A stretch of 64,000 nt of DNA from a bacterium. Its GTDB lineage: Bacteria; Desulfobacterota; DSWW01. The notes under the pieces were generated by a model that saw only the letters and a list, made by a program, of their open reading frames with translations, was not told the DNA's origin and did not search any database. How positions within the stretch are numbered: the stretch's first letter is position 1; every line of letters starts with the position of its first letter. Positions 8,153 to 18,841 of the stretch are shown piece by piece. Position numbers and translations under genes: made by a program. The DNA lies in NCBI GenBank assembly GCA_040756235.1, contig JBFLZG010000087.1, positions 121,411 through 185,410 on the forward strand, read 5' to 3'.

Positions 8153-9895
8153 ATGTCCGACGAACTGCCGATTCACCCCGATGAGCTGGCCAAGATCGAC
8201 TATTCTCCTCCCAAAAAGGGTTGGATGGAGAAGAAAGCCGACTTCCGCAAGGGCACCTACTGCTACAGCGCGGCGCCCAAGAACTTGAAGTATCTCGGGA
8301 TGGCGAACCCGCGAGAGTGGCAGCCCCACGATGCGGACTGGAAGCTGCCTCCGGACTGGAAGCAGACGATCCTGGCCGGCATGAAGGAGCGGCTGAGCAA
8401 GTTCCGGTCCTTCCACGTCTTCATGGACATCTGCGTGCGCTGCGGGGCCTGCGCGGACAAGTGCCACTTCTTCATCGGCTCCGGAGACCCGAAGAACATG
8501 CCGGTCCTCAGGGCGGAGCTCCTGCGGTCGGTCTATCGGAACGACTTCACGGCGGCCGGCAAGATTCTCGGCCGGCTGGCCGGGGCGAGGGAGCTGACCG
8601 AGGACGTGCTCAAGGAGTGGTTCTACTATTTCTACCAGTGTACGGAGTGCCGCAGGTGCTCCGTGTTCTGTCCGTACGGGATCGACACGGCCGAGATCAC
8701 GATGATGGCCCGGGAGCTCATGAACCTGATCGGCCTCAACATCAACTGGGCCCTGGAGCCCGTGGCGAACTGCCACCGGACCGGAAATCACCTGGGAATC
8801 CAGCCCCACACCTTCAAGGACACCCTGGAGTTCTTCGCCGGCGAGATCGAAGACCTGACGGGCATCCAGATCGACGTTCCGATCAACAAGAAGGGCGCCG
8901 AGATCCTGTTCGTCACCCCCTCCGGCGACTACTTTGCGGACCCGGGCACTTACACCCTCATGGGCTACCTCATGCTGTTCCATGAGCTCGGGCTCAACTA
9001 TACCTGGAGCGCCTATGCCTCGGAAGGAGGGAACTTCGGGCTCTTCAACTCCCACGAGCTGATCAAGAAGCTCAACGCCAAGATCTACGCCGAAGCCAAG
9101 CGTCTCGGCGTCAAGTGGATCCTGGGGGGCGAGTGCGGTCACATGTGGCGGGTCCTCCACGAGTACATGGACACGATGAACGGCCCGGCCGACTTCCTCG
9201 AAGAGCCGGTTTCCCCGATCACCGGGACCAAGTTCGAGAATGCCAGGTCATCGAAGATGGTGCATATCACCGAGTTCACGGCGGACCTGATCCGCAACAA
9301 CAAGCTGAAGCTGGACCCGAGCCGAAACGACCACCTGCGGGTGACCTTCCACGACTCCTGCAATCCGGCCAGAGCCATGGGCTTGTTCGAGGAGCCCCGG
9401 TACGTCATCCGGAGCGTGTGCAAGAACTTCTTCGAGATGCCGGAGAACACGATCCGGGAGAAGACGTTCTGCTGCGGAGGGGGCGCCGGTCTGGGGAACG
9501 ACGAGAACATGGAGATGAGGATGCGCGGAGGCTTCCCCCGGGCCAATGCCGTGCAGTACGTCCGCGAGAAACACGGCGTGAACCGGCTCGCCTGCATCTG
9601 TGCGATCGACCGGGCCACGCTCTCCACCTTGATGGAGTACTGGGTCCCGGAGGTCGTGGTGACCGGCATCCACGAAATGGTCGCCAACGCGCTCGTGATG
9701 AAGGGGGAGAAGGAAAGAGAAAACGATCTGCGCGGCGAGCCCCTGCCGAAGCCGGCGGATGGCCCGGCTGACGGGGAGGCGCCTGCGGCCCGTGAACCGG
9801 TGCCTCCCGAGCTGGTGGCACGGGGCGAGAAGGGGAAACAAACCGATCGGAGCGACGAACCCCTCGGCGCAGCGGAGGGTGGAAAGCATGTATGA
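8153..9895 (+). CDS. dsrK: DsrK Fe-S/CCG-domain subunit
   Basis: CVRCGAC..C, CTECRRC...CP, GECGH, HDSCN, CCGGG, C.CAID. Confidence 0.96.
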   Translation: MSDELPIHPDELAKIDYSPPKKGWMEKKADFRKGTYCYSAAPKNLKYLGMANPREWQPHDADWKLPPDWKQTILAGMKERLSKFRSFHVFMDICVRCGACADKCHFFIGSGDPKNMPVLRAELLRSVYRNDFTAAGKILGRLAGARELTEDVLKEWFYYFYQCTECRRCSVFCPYGIDTAEITMMARELMNLIGLNINWALEPVANCHRTGNHLGIQPHTFKDTLEFFAGEIEDLTGIQIDVPINKKGAEILFVTPSGDYFADPGTYTLMGYLMLFHELGLNYTWSAYASEGGNFGLFNSHELIKKLNAKIYAEAKRLGVKWILGGECGHMWRVLHEYMDTMNGPADFLEEPVSPITGTKFENARSSKMVHITEFTADLIRNNKLKLDPSRNDHLRVTFHDSCNPARAMGLFEEPRYVIRSVCKNFFEMPENTIREKTFCCGGGAGLGNDENMEMRMRGGFPRANAVQYVREKHGVNRLACICAIDRATLSTLMEYWVPEVVVTGIHEMVANALVMKGEKERENDLRGEPLPKPADGPADGEAPAAREPVPPELVARGEKGKQTDRSDEPLGAAEGGKHV

Positions 9896-10271
9896 CGCAG
9901 GGAAGATCATTGCAGGCCTCCTCATATTCCTCGCTCTGCTCACGTCGCCGGTCTGGTACAACGTCGTGAGCGGGAAGGCGGACTACCAGCCCCAGCCCCA
10001 GCTGCCGACCGAGCAGAAGGAGTGTGTGAAGCCGGCCGCTTACATGAAGCCGTTCCACATGGACCTGCTCAACCAGTGGCGCGACGAGGTCGTGCGGCAG
10101 GATACCCGGGTCTACGGGACCGTCGCAGGACAGACCTATGACAAGAGCCTGACCAGCACGTGCCTGAGCTGCCACGCGAACAAGGCCGAATTCTGCGACC
10201 GATGTCACAACTACCTGGGCGTGAACCCGTACTGCTGGGATTGCCACGTTCAGCCGAAGGAGAAAATGTGA
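9888..10271 (+). CDS. dsrJ: DsrJ triheme cytochrome c
   Basis: N-terminal TM; HMDLLNQWRD; three CxxCH motifs (CLSCH, CDRCH, CWDCH). Confidence 0.95.
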   Translation: MYDAGKIIAGLLIFLALLTSPVWYNVVSGKADYQPQPQLPTEQKECVKPAAYMKPFHMDLLNQWRDEVVRQDTRVYGTVAGQTYDKSLTSTCLSCHANKAEFCDRCHNYLGVNPYCWDCHVQPKEKM

Positions 10272-11050
10272 TGGCCGTCGACAGAAGGGAATTCCTGAAG
10301 ATAGCCGGTCTGTCCACCCTCCTGGGGCTGGGAGGCAAGGCGGGCTTCGAGGTGCTCTCCGGGAAGGAGGTGGAGGCCTCTCTGAGCCGGGAGCCTCAGG
10401 CGGGCAAGCGGTGGGCGATGGTCGTGAACATGAGGAAGTGCCTGGAGAAAGAGGGCTGCACCGACTGCATGAAGGCCTGCCATCTGGCCCACAACGTGCC
10501 GCATATCGACAATCCCAGACACGAGGTCAAGTGGATCTGGACCGATTCGTTCGAGCACGTCTTCCCGAGCCAGGAGATGGAAAACGAGTACGTCGTAGAA
10601 CGTCTGGCCGGCAAGCCGTTCCTCGTGCTCTGCAATCATTGCGAGCGTCCGCCATGCGTCCGAGTCTGTCCGACCAAGGCGACCTTCCAGAACGCCGACG
10701 GCGTCGTGGTGATGGATTACCATCGATGCATCGGATGCCGCTTCTGCATGGCCGGCTGCCCGTACGGATCGAGAAGCTTCAATTGGAAGGACCCGCGCAA
10801 ATACCTGCAGGAGACGAACCTGGAGTTCCCGACGCGGATGCGAGGGGTCGTCGAGAAGTGCAACTTCTGCTCCGAGAGGCTCGACAAGGGACTCCAGCCG
10901 GCCTGCGTGGAGGCCTGCAAGGATCAGGCGATCCTCTTCGGCAATGTGAGAGATCCCGATTCGGAGGTGCGGCAGACGCTGCGCGCGAGCTTCACGATCC
11001 GGCGCAAGCCCGAGCTCGGTACGTTGCCCCAAGTCTATTACATCGTGTGA
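10271..11050 (+). CDS. dsrO: DsrO periplasmic Fe-S protein
   Basis: TAT motif DRREFLK; multiple 4Fe-4S Cys clusters; start overlaps the dsrJ stop. Confidence 0.95.
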   Translation: MAVDRREFLKIAGLSTLLGLGGKAGFEVLSGKEVEASLSREPQAGKRWAMVVNMRKCLEKEGCTDCMKACHLAHNVPHIDNPRHEVKWIWTDSFEHVFPSQEMENEYVVERLAGKPFLVLCNHCERPPCVRVCPTKATFQNADGVVVMDYHRCIGCRFCMAGCPYGSRSFNWKDPRKYLQETNLEFPTRMRGVVEKCNFCSERLDKGLQPACVEACKDQAILFGNVRDPDSEVRQTLRASFTIRRKPELGTLPQVYYIV

Positions 11051-11057
11051 GGTGGCC

Positions 11058-12215
11058 ATGCTGGAAAAGGCGCTCATCGGAAGTCGAAGGTATTACGGGT
11101 GGTTGTTCTTCCTGCTCGTCCTCATCGGGGCGGGCGTCCTGAGCTACCTGTGGCAGTTCTTCGCCGGATTGGGGATCACGGGGCTCGGCCGGGACGTCTC
11201 CTGGGGATTCTACATCGCCCAATTCACCTTTCTCGTCGGGGTTGCCGCGTCCGCCGTGATGCTGGTCCTGCCGTACTACCTGCACCATTACAAGCAGTTC
11301 GGAAAGATCACGATCCTCGGGGAGTTTCTGGCCGTCTCGTCCGTGCTCATGTGCATGCTGTTCATCTTCGTCGACATGGGCCAGCCCCTGCGGGTCCTCA
11401 ACATCATTCTCCATCCGACCCCGAACTCGATCATGTTTTGGGATATGATCGTGCTGAGCGGATACCTCCTCCTGAACATCGTGATCGGATGGGTCGTGCT
11501 GGATGCGGAGCACAAAGAGATGGCTCCGCCGGGTTGGGTGAAGCCCTTGATCTACCTCTCGATTCCGTGGGCGGTCAGCATCCACACGGTCACCGCCTTC
11601 CTGTACGCCGGTCTTCCCGGCAGGCACCTGTGGCTCACCGCGATCATGGCGGCCCGGTTTCTCTCGTCCGCCTTCGCCTCGGGCCCGGCGCTCCTGATCC
11701 TGCTGGCCTTCATCGTTCGGAAGACGACCCGCTTCGACCCGGGCCGGGAGCCGATCCAGAAGCTCGCCCAGATCGTTGCCTATGCCATGATCCTGAACGT
11801 GTTCTTCTCGCTGCTGGAGGTCTTCACGGCCTTCTACAGCGGCATTCCTTCGCACATGCAGTCGTTGCAGTACCTGTTCGCCGGTCTGGAGGGGCACGCC
11901 AGCCTCGTTCCCTTCATGCGGGTTGCCGTTGTTCTGGCCGTGGCCGGCATCGCACTGCTCGTCGTCCCCTCGACGCGGAAGAATGAGAAGACCCTCGCTT
12001 TCGCCGCAGCCGCGGTATTCGTCGCCGCCTGGATCGACAAGGGAATGGGACTCGTGGTCGGCGGCTTCATTCCCAACCCCTTCGAGAGGATCGTCGAATA
12101 CGCCCCGACGGCGCCCGAGCTCCTGATCACTCTGGGGGTGTGGGCAATCGGGTTCTTCGTGCTCACGCTTCTTTACAAGATCGCCATTTCCGTCAAGGAA
12201 GAAGTGGCTGCGTGA
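11058..12215 (+). CDS. dsrP: DsrP (NrfD/PsrC-family membrane protein)
   Basis: Polytopic; [42 protein letters not shown]. Confidence 0.95.
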   Translation: MLEKALIGSRRYYGWLFFLLVLIGAGVLSYLWQFFAGLGITGLGRDVSWGFYIAQFTFLVGVAASAVMLVLPYYLHHYKQFGKITILGEFLAVSSVLMCMLFIFVDMGQPLRVLNIILHPTPNSIMFWDMIVLSGYLLLNIVIGWVVLDAEHKEMAPPGWVKPLIYLSIPWAVSIHTVTAFLYAGLPGRHLWLTAIMAARFLSSAFASGPALLILLAFIVRKTTRFDPGREPIQKLAQIVAYAMILNVFFSLLEVFTAFYSGIPSHMQSLQYLFAGLEGHASLVPFMRVAVVLAVAGIALLVVPSTRKNEKTLAFAAAAVFVAAWIDKGMGLVVGGFIPNPFERIVEYAPTAPELLITLGVWAIGFFVLTLLYKIAISVKEEVAA

Positions 12216-12336
12216 AATGCGACCGGCCGGGGCCCGGGCCCGATCGGGGCGTGTTGCTAAACCCGGGTCTTTGTGGCAAGCTTGTCCGCCTTGGGACGGC
12301 CAGAGCGGCCGCTCTCAGTAACAGGAGGAAACCAGC

Positions 12337-12522
12337 GTGTACGAGATCAAGATCGACAAGGAAAAATGCACGGGCTGCGGTGAGTGCGTGGACATCTGCC
12401 CGTCCAGCGTCCTGGAGTTGGTGGACGCCAAGTGCGAACCGACCAACATCGATGATTGCGTGGGATGCGAGAGCTGCGTGGAGACCTGCCCTGACAGCCT
12501 GATCAAGGTGACCGAGACCTGA
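12337..12522 (+). CDS. 2[4Fe-4S] ferredoxin
   Basis: Two CxxCxxCxxxCP motifs; AGGAGG RBS, GTG start. Confidence 0.9.
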   Translation: MYEIKIDKEKCTGCGECVDICPSSVLELVDAKCEPTNIDDCVGCESCVETCPDSLIKVTET

Positions 12523-12526
12523 GAGC

Positions 12527-12700
12527 AGAGGCTGTCGATAAACGGCCATCTGCGGCGCCTGTTGCGAGCGAAGCGAAGCAATCCCCCGAACACTGTACCG
12601 CGGCGTCAGATGTGATCGGGAGTTTCCTCGTCGCTGCCGCTCCTCGGAACAAGCCTCAGGATTCGCGCGCCTTGCATCTGGCCATTTCTCAACAGCCTCT
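12527..12700. repeat. MITE/REP-like composite element (family A)
   Basis: Terminal inverted repeats AGAGGCTGT...ACAGCCTCT; shares CATCTGCGGCG / CCTTGCATCTGG with other copies; internal TTGCGAGCGAAGCGAAGCAATC REP-like arm. Confidence 0.7.
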
Positions 12701-12727
12701 CAAGAGGGTGTTTTTCGAAACCCTCTG

Positions 12728-13438
12728 TCAGAGGGCGGCCGGAGACGAGGCCTGACCTCCGTCAGGCCTGCGACTTCGGACCCGGGATTTTTCCCACCCG
12801 CTGAGCATTCGATCCAGACGGCTCGCATCGCCGGAGAGAAACCGCTCGACGGCTGCGGAAGAGAGGATTCGCTCCAGGATTCGCTTGCGCTGCTCTCCGG
12901 AGGCGGGAAAGGCTGCCCTCAGCCGGTCCCGCATCGTGGCGAGCCTTTCCAGGAGAGGACCGTACCGGTCGCTCAAGACCTCTTCCAGCTCGAGGCGGAT
13001 CTTGAGCGCGAGGGCGGGGCATTTCCCGTCGGTCGAAATGGCGACCTGCAGAGCGTCCCGCTTCACCACCGAGGGCACGAAAAAGCTCGACAGCGCCGGC
13101 TGGTCCGCCACGTTGATCAACCGCCCCGCGCCCTGAGCGTCCTCGGCGATCCGCCTGTTGACCTCCGCATCGTCGGTGGCCGACAGGACCAGGAAGTACC
13201 CGGCGGCCTCTCCGTTCCGGTAGGGGCGTTCCTCGTAGAGTATCCTCTTCTCGTCCAGCCAGGCCTTGAAGGAGGGCAGAAGCTCGCTGGCCACTACGGT
13301 CAGACGGCAAGCCGATCCGAACAGACCCATGGCCTTGCGAAAGGCCACTTCGCCACCTCCGACCAGGAGCACGTCCCGGTTCTCGAGCTCGAGCAGAGCC
13401 GGGTAGAGGTGAGGTCTCGCGCGCGGCGTCTCAGGCAT
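12728..13438 (-). CDS. Precorrin-2 dehydrogenase / sirohydrochlorin ferrochelatase (SirC/CysG-N)
   Basis: YP, VGGGEVA.RK Rossmann motif, NVADQP, AISTDGKCP. Confidence 0.9.
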   Translation of the reverse strand: MPETPRARPHLYPALLELENRDVLLVGGGEVAFRKAMGLFGSACRLTVVASELLPSFKAWLDEKRILYEERPYRNGEAAGYFLVLSATDDAEVNRRIAEDAQGAGRLINVADQPALSSFFVPSVVKRDALQVAISTDGKCPALALKIRLELEEVLSDRYGPLLERLATMRDRLRAAFPASGEQRKRILERILSSAAVERFLSGDASRLDRMLSGWEKSRVRSRRPDGGQASSPAAL

Positions 13439-14225
13439 CGTCGGGCTCACCGGCTCTCCGAGGGCCGGCACCGGAACGGTCATGGGGGAGCTGGAGCTTG
13501 TCCCGCAGCCGGACCACTTCCCCGATCACGATGATGCCCGGAGGCTCGAGGCCGGCTTCTTCTTTGCGGGCGGCGATGTCGGACAACGTGCCCGCGAGGA
13601 CCTGCTGTTCCGGGTAAGTTCCCCGCGTGATGACGCAGGCCGGGGTGGAGGGCGGCCTGCCGTGGGCCATCAGCTCCTGGGTGATCGTTTGCAGGTTCGT
13701 CATGCCCATGAGAATGACCAGGGTGCTGTCATTCGGTCCGATCAGATGGTAAGGAAGCCTGGAGAGCTCCTGCTTGGAGGTCTCGTGCCCCGTGATGATG
13801 GACGCCATGGACGAGAACTCGCGGTGCGTGATCGGAATCCCGGCGTAAGCCGGCACGGCAGTGGCCGAAGTGACGCCGGGCACGACCTCCCAGGGGACGC
13901 CCTGCTCCACCAGATAGAGGACTTCTTCGGCGCCCCTGCCGAACACGAAAGGGTCTCCGCCTTTGAGTCTGACGACCGCCTTGCCTTCGCGTGCCTTCTG
14001 CACCAGGAGGGAGTTGATCTTTTCCTGGGGAACGGTGTGGTGGTCGCACTCTTTGCCCACGTAGAACCGTTCCGCCCCGGGCCGGATCTGCTCCAGGATC
14101 TTCGGGTGGATGAGCCGGTCGTGGACCACCGCGTCCGCTTCCTGCACGAGGCGGAGACCTCTCAGAGTGATCAGCTCCGGGTCACCCGGGCCGGCGCCAA
14201 CCAGATACACCTTTCCTTTCTGCAA
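13431..14225 (-). CDS. cobA: Uroporphyrinogen-III C-methyltransferase
   Basis: GKVYLVGAGPGDPELIT, VRLKGGDPFVFGRG. Confidence 0.95.
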   Translation of the reverse strand: MQKGKVYLVGAGPGDPELITLRGLRLVQEADAVVHDRLIHPKILEQIRPGAERFYVGKECDHHTVPQEKINSLLVQKAREGKAVVRLKGGDPFVFGRGAEEVLYLVEQGVPWEVVPGVTSATAVPAYAGIPITHREFSSMASIITGHETSKQELSRLPYHLIGPNDSTLVILMGMTNLQTITQELMAHGRPPSTPACVITRGTYPEQQVLAGTLSDIAARKEEAGLEPPGIIVIGEVVRLRDKLQLPHDRSGAGPRRAGEPDDA

Positions 14226-14257
14226 AGCTGGATCTCCTTACTCGCCAGGAGCAACCT

Positions 14258-14285
14258 GTAGGGGCGAAAGATTTTTCGCCCCTAC
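14258..14285. repeat. GTAG-type REP palindrome
   Basis: GTAGGGGCGAAA-GATT-TTTCGCCCCTAC; near-identical copy at 31952-31979. Confidence 0.8.
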
Positions 14286-14333
14286 CGAATGACCGTGCGC
14301 TCGGGCCAGGTTCATGGAAACGTCAACAGTGCG

Positions 14334-14762
14334 TCATCGAAGGGCCGTAGGGACCGGATCTCTGCGCAGGGGAGGCATGGGATAGGTCCGATCCACGAAC
14401 CGGTGCGTGCGCAGCCCGAGCGCCTCCCGCTGCACGATGTAATCGTAGCGGGCCTTCTCGGCCCTGTGCCACGCCTTGCGGTATCGCGCCGCCGCCTGGC
14501 TCACGCAGGGCAGGGCGCCGTCAGGCTCTCCGGATGGCTCACGGGCAGCCGCTCCGTCCTTCGCCGGGCTCTCCCCGGAAGCTCTGCTCTCCCCGGAGGC
14601 TCTGTCCGGAATACAGGCATCCAGCAGGGCCTCGCTCTCCCGCAGTTGGGCCAACGCCTTCTCGAGCCGTTCTCCGGACCGGGCCAGCGCGCTCGCGGCC
14701 TCCCGGAAGAGCTCGATGTCCACCGGGGTGAGTTCTTTGAGCTTCTTGCCGATCAGGGCCAT
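14334..14762 (-). CDS. Hypothetical protein
   Basis: 142-aa helical ORF with Y..IVQREALG motif; RBS-like GGGAAAGG. Confidence 0.65.
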   Translation of the reverse strand: MALIGKKLKELTPVDIELFREAASALARSGERLEKALAQLRESEALLDACIPDRASGESRASGESPAKDGAAAREPSGEPDGALPCVSQAAARYRKAWHRAEKARYDYIVQREALGLRTHRFVDRTYPMPPLRRDPVPTALR

Positions 14763-15069
14763 TCAGCTGCCTTTCCCTGGTTGCTCCTTGCCACGGCCCG
14801 CGCCCAGGCCGGCTTTAGGCCACCCTCCATTCTGGCGATTTTGCGTGCGCGGAGCAACCCGGACGAGCGCCTCGCTTGCCGCGACGAAAGGGCGCGTTCG
14901 CAATGAGAATGTCTCTCCTGTAGAATGGCGTCGGAGTGGAACGAATTGGCACGGGGTCGGCGGGAAGACGCTCCCCCCATTGTTTTTTCTCCCCGGATTT
15001 CCGGACAGCCCCCGACCCGTCTCAGCGGCGGCGCTTGAGGAGGGGGAGGTCTTGGCGGAGGCGGTTTCC

Positions 15070-16788
15070 ATGGCGTCCATCATCGACGTGCTTTCCCAAC
15101 CCATCCTCAATCTCTTCTCCGAGCATCTGACGGACAGGGACGATGCGTTTGTCGGCCGCGTGGCGCCCGCTTCCCATCCGAAATTCGGCGACTATCAGTT
15201 CAACGGCGCCATGGCGCTCGCGAAGCGGCTCGGAAAGACCCCGCGCCAGGTGGCCGAGGAAGTGGTGCGCGCACTCTCCGGGGTGCCCTGGCTGGAGCAG
15301 GCGGAGATCGCCGGTCCCGGATTCGTCAACCTGCGCCTGCGGAAAACCTGGCTGGGCCAGCAGATCAGGAGCGTCTGCTCGGACGAGCGCCTCGGGGTCG
15401 AAAGGCCGGGGGCCGGACAGAGAATCGTCATCGACTACTCGAGCCCCAACGTGGCCAAGCCGATGCACATCGGTCACATCCGCTCCACGATTCTCGGCAG
15501 CGCGCTGGACCGCACCTGCCGTTTCCTGGGCTATGAAGTGGTCTCGGACAATCACATCGGCGACTGGGGCACCCAGTTCGGCATCCTCCTGGAAGGGTAT
15601 CGGGATTTTGCCGTCCCAGGCTCCTTCGAGCAGAGCCCGATCGAGGAGCTGGAGAGGGTCTACATCGAATACTACAAGCTCGCGCGGGAAGACCCGGAGC
15701 GCATGGATCGCGCTCGCCGGGAGCTGGTCAAGCTCCAGCAGGGCGATCCGGAGAACAGGCGCCTGTGGGAGCGATTCGTCCAGGCCTCGTTGCAGGAGTT
15801 CGAACGTCTGTACTCCCGCCTGGGCGTCACCTTCGACGTCGCCCTCGGGGAGAGCTTCTACAACGACCGGCTGGCCCCGCTCGTGAAGGACCTCCTGGCG
15901 AGGAATCTGGCCCGCGTCAGCGACGGGGCGGTGGTCATTCCTCTGGAAGAAGAAGGGCTTCCTCCTTTCCTGATCCAGAAGAGCGACGGAGGCTTCAATT
16001 ACGCCACGACCGATATCGCCACGCTCCTTTACCGGATCGAGCGATGGCGTCCGCGCCGAGTTCTTTATGTGACGGACGAGAGGCAGCAGCTTCATTTCCG
16101 CCAGCTCTTCGCGGTGGCACGCCGGCTGGGCGTGGACGCCGGGCTGGAGCACGTCGGGTTCGGGATCATGCGGCTGCCGGAGGGCACCTTTTCGACCCGT
16201 GAAGGCAACGTGATTCGCCTGGAGCGTCTTCTCGATGAAGCGGAGCGGAAGGCGTACGAGGTGGTGGACCAGTTGAACCCCGCGCTGGTGGAGCCCGAGA
16301 AGAGGGAGATCGCCCGCAAGGTGGGCCTGGGCGCGGTCAAGTACGCCGACCTGAGCCAGAACCGCCAGTCGACGATTCTCTTCACCTGGGAAAAGGCCCT
16401 CTCCCTGGAAGGCAACTCCGCTCCCTATCTTCAATACACCTACGCGCGCATCCGCAGCGTGTTCCGCAAGTACCGTGAGGAGAGCGGGGGCCGGGATCCC
16501 GGCGCGTCGGAAGTCGTGCTCGAACACGATCTGGAATCCCAGATCGCCAAGAAAATCCTGGAGCTGCCGGAGCACCTGCAGCGATCGGTCGCTGCCTGCC
16601 GGCCCAATCTGTTCACGGATTATCTTTTTGATCTGGCCTCTCACTACAACCGGTTCTATCAGAATTTGCCGTTTCTCAAGGCGCCGGACGGCGTCCGCGA
16701 GAGCCGCCTCGCCCTGTGCGACCTCGTAGGCAGGATCGTCCGGACAGGCCTGGGACTGCTCGGCATCGAGGCGCCGGAGCGGATGTGA
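15070..16788 (+). CDS. argS: Arginine--tRNA ligase
   Basis: FGDYQ, GPGFVN, DYSSPNVAKPMHIGH, GDWGTQFG, YLQYTYARI, C-terminal PERM. Confidence 0.97.
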   Translation: MASIIDVLSQPILNLFSEHLTDRDDAFVGRVAPASHPKFGDYQFNGAMALAKRLGKTPRQVAEEVVRALSGVPWLEQAEIAGPGFVNLRLRKTWLGQQIRSVCSDERLGVERPGAGQRIVIDYSSPNVAKPMHIGHIRSTILGSALDRTCRFLGYEVVSDNHIGDWGTQFGILLEGYRDFAVPGSFEQSPIEELERVYIEYYKLAREDPERMDRARRELVKLQQGDPENRRLWERFVQASLQEFERLYSRLGVTFDVALGESFYNDRLAPLVKDLLARNLARVSDGAVVIPLEEEGLPPFLIQKSDGGFNYATTDIATLLYRIERWRPRRVLYVTDERQQLHFRQLFAVARRLGVDAGLEHVGFGIMRLPEGTFSTREGNVIRLERLLDEAERKAYEVVDQLNPALVEPEKREIARKVGLGAVKYADLSQNRQSTILFTWEKALSLEGNSAPYLQYTYARIRSVFRKYREESGGRDPGASEVVLEHDLESQIAKKILELPEHLQRSVAACRPNLFTDYLFDLASHYNRFYQNLPFLKAPDGVRESRLALCDLVGRIVRTGLGLLGIEAPERM

Positions 16789-16816
16789 GAGCGGAGGAAA
16801 GCGCAGGAGAGTGCAG

Positions 16817-18760
16817 ATGGCGGGAAATCTTTTTTCGAGACTGGACCCCAGGGGGCCCAGAGGCATCGGCGACGGCAGGAAACAACGCCCTTCCGGGGAC
16901 CCGTCGCAGAAGAGCAAGATCCGCTTTTCTCTCTGGTATTTCCTGGTGGCGGCTCTGATCCTGATGATGATCCAGAGCTATTTTGCCAAGCGGCAGGTGA
17001 TGGAGGTCCCTTACAGCGAATTCAAGAGCTGGGTCGCCGCAGGCAAGGTGGAGTCGTGCTGGATCCAGGAGAATCGCATCGAGGGAACCCTCAAGGAGGC
17101 GGTCACCCCGGCGCAAGAGGACGGGGGCGGACAGAAGCCGACCAAGGAGTTCGTGACCATCCGGGTGACGGATCCGGACCTGGTCAAGGAGCTGATGGCC
17201 GCCGGCGTGCAGTTCCGGGGGACCACGGCCCCCGGCGGGATTCAGACCTTTCTCATGTACTGGATCCTGCCGCTCCTTTTGATGGTCGTAGTCTGGGGCT
17301 ACGTCATGCGGAAGATGAACCCCGGCTTGTCGGTCATGGCGTTCAAGAAGAGCAAGGCCAAGCTCTATGCGCAGAAGGAGACCGGCGTCACCTTCGAGGA
17401 CGTCGCAGGCATCGACGAGGCCAAGGACGAGCTCAAGGAGGTGGTGGAGTTCCTGAAGGACGCCGATCGGTACAAGGGGCTGGGCGCCCGTATCCCCAAA
17501 GGCGTTCTGCTCGTGGGACCGCCGGGCGCCGGGAAGACGCTTTTGGCCAGGGCAGTCGCCGGCGAGGCGGGAGTTCCCTTCTTCAGCCTGAGCGGATCGG
17601 ATTTCGTGGAGATGTTCGTCGGCCTCGGCGCCGCGCGCGTTCGGGATCTGTTCGAGCAGGCGGTGCAGAACGCCCCCTGCATCATCTTCATCGACGAGCT
17701 GGACGCCCTGGGCAAGGCCCGCGGCATGAACCCGCTGGGCGGCCACGACGAGAGAGAGCAGACGCTCAACCAGCTGCTCGTGGAGATGGACGGGTTCGAG
17801 ACCAACAAGGGCGTGATCATCATGGCCGCCACCAACCGTCCCGAGATCCTCGATGCGGCCTTGCTCCGTCCCGGCCGCTTCGACCGGCAGGTGCTCGTGG
17901 ACCGGCCCGACCGCCAGGGTCGGGAGCAGATCCTCAAGGTTCATTCGGCCAAGGTCAAGCTCGGCCCGGATGTGGACCTTCAGGTACTGGCGGCCAGCAC
18001 TCCCGGGTTCGTCGGCGCCGACCTGGCCAACGCGGTGAACGAGGCGGCCCTGCTGGCAGCGCGCAAGCACAAGAGCATCGTGGAGATGGCCGATTTCGAA
18101 GAAGCCATCGAACGGGTGGTCGCGGGGCTGCAGAAAAAGAACCGGATCCTGAACGAGAAGGAGAAGCAGGTGGTGGCCTACCACGAGTGCGGCCACGCCG
18201 TCGCTTCCACGGCAGTTCCCGGCGCCGACCCGGTGCGGAAGATCTCGATCGTGCCCCGAGGCATCGCCGCCCTGGGCTACACGCTGCAGCTGCCCACCGA
18301 AGACCGCTACCTCATGACCAAGTCCGAGCTCCTCGGAAAGATGGCCGGTCTTCTGGGTGGAAGGATTGCCGAGGAGATCGTGTTCCGGGAAATCTCCACC
18401 GGGGCGCAGAACGATCTGCAGCGCGCCACGGACATCGCCCAGCGCATGGTCAAGGAATACGGAATGAGCGAGCGGATCGGGATCGTGACCTACGAGGCCC
18501 CGCGACAGCCGTTCCTGCTCGGCATTCCGGCCGGCCGCGAGCGGACGTTCAGCGAAGAGACGGCCCGCGAAATCGACAAGGAGGTGGAGCGGATCATGGA
18601 GGAGACCTACCATCGCGCCCGCCAGGTCCTGCTGCAGAACCGCTCCGTCCTGGACGAGATGGCGGGAAAGCTCCTGGAGAAGGAAGTGCTGGAAGGGACC
18701 GAGTTGAGAGGCTTTCTCGACCGCGTCCAGAGCCAGACGGGGCCGAACGCCACGAACTGA
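16817..18760 (+). CDS. ftsH: ATP-dependent zinc metalloprotease FtsH
   Basis: Two TMs, Walker A GPPGAGKT, Walker B IFIDELD, RPGRFDR, HECGH. Confidence 0.97.
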   Translation: MAGNLFSRLDPRGPRGIGDGRKQRPSGDPSQKSKIRFSLWYFLVAALILMMIQSYFAKRQVMEVPYSEFKSWVAAGKVESCWIQENRIEGTLKEAVTPAQEDGGGQKPTKEFVTIRVTDPDLVKELMAAGVQFRGTTAPGGIQTFLMYWILPLLLMVVVWGYVMRKMNPGLSVMAFKKSKAKLYAQKETGVTFEDVAGIDEAKDELKEVVEFLKDADRYKGLGARIPKGVLLVGPPGAGKTLLARAVAGEAGVPFFSLSGSDFVEMFVGLGAARVRDLFEQAVQNAPCIIFIDELDALGKARGMNPLGGHDEREQTLNQLLVEMDGFETNKGVIIMAATNRPEILDAALLRPGRFDRQVLVDRPDRQGREQILKVHSAKVKLGPDVDLQVLAASTPGFVGADLANAVNEAALLAARKHKSIVEMADFEEAIERVVAGLQKKNRILNEKEKQVVAYHECGHAVASTAVPGADPVRKISIVPRGIAALGYTLQLPTEDRYLMTKSELLGKMAGLLGGRIAEEIVFREISTGAQNDLQRATDIAQRMVKEYGMSERIGIVTYEAPRQPFLLGIPAGRERTFSEETAREIDKEVERIMEETYHRARQVLLQNRSVLDEMAGKLLEKEVLEGTELRGFLDRVQSQTGPNATN

Positions 18761-18841
18761 GGTGAGGGAACATTTGACCAGAGCAGGACGGAGCCGGACG
18801 CAGCCAACTGAGACCCGAAACGAACCCGCCCGGCGCCGGTC

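Noticed and set aside
6668..9160. Long antisense or alternate-frame ORFs (also 16676-18613, 24779-26533, 27066-28643, 32141-34144, 34023-36182, 42791-44566, 62680-63996)
   Set aside because: Shadows of well-supported genes in GC-rich DNA, with no recognisable motifs.
14569..14604. 18-bp tandem duplication in the hypothetical gene
   Set aside because: Short in-frame duplication in a low-complexity linker with no functional signal.
14946..14961. sigma54 promoter upstream of argS (TTGGCACG-GGGT-CGGC)
   Set aside because: Good -24 but poor -12 (CGGC rather than TTGC), and unexpected for a housekeeping synthetase.
14476..15069. N-terminal extensions in the ORF track (argS; also 1868-3094, 39134-39520, 44546-44776, 57887-58360)
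   Set aside because: They overlap neighbouring genes or repeats; downstream starts fit the domain boundaries better.
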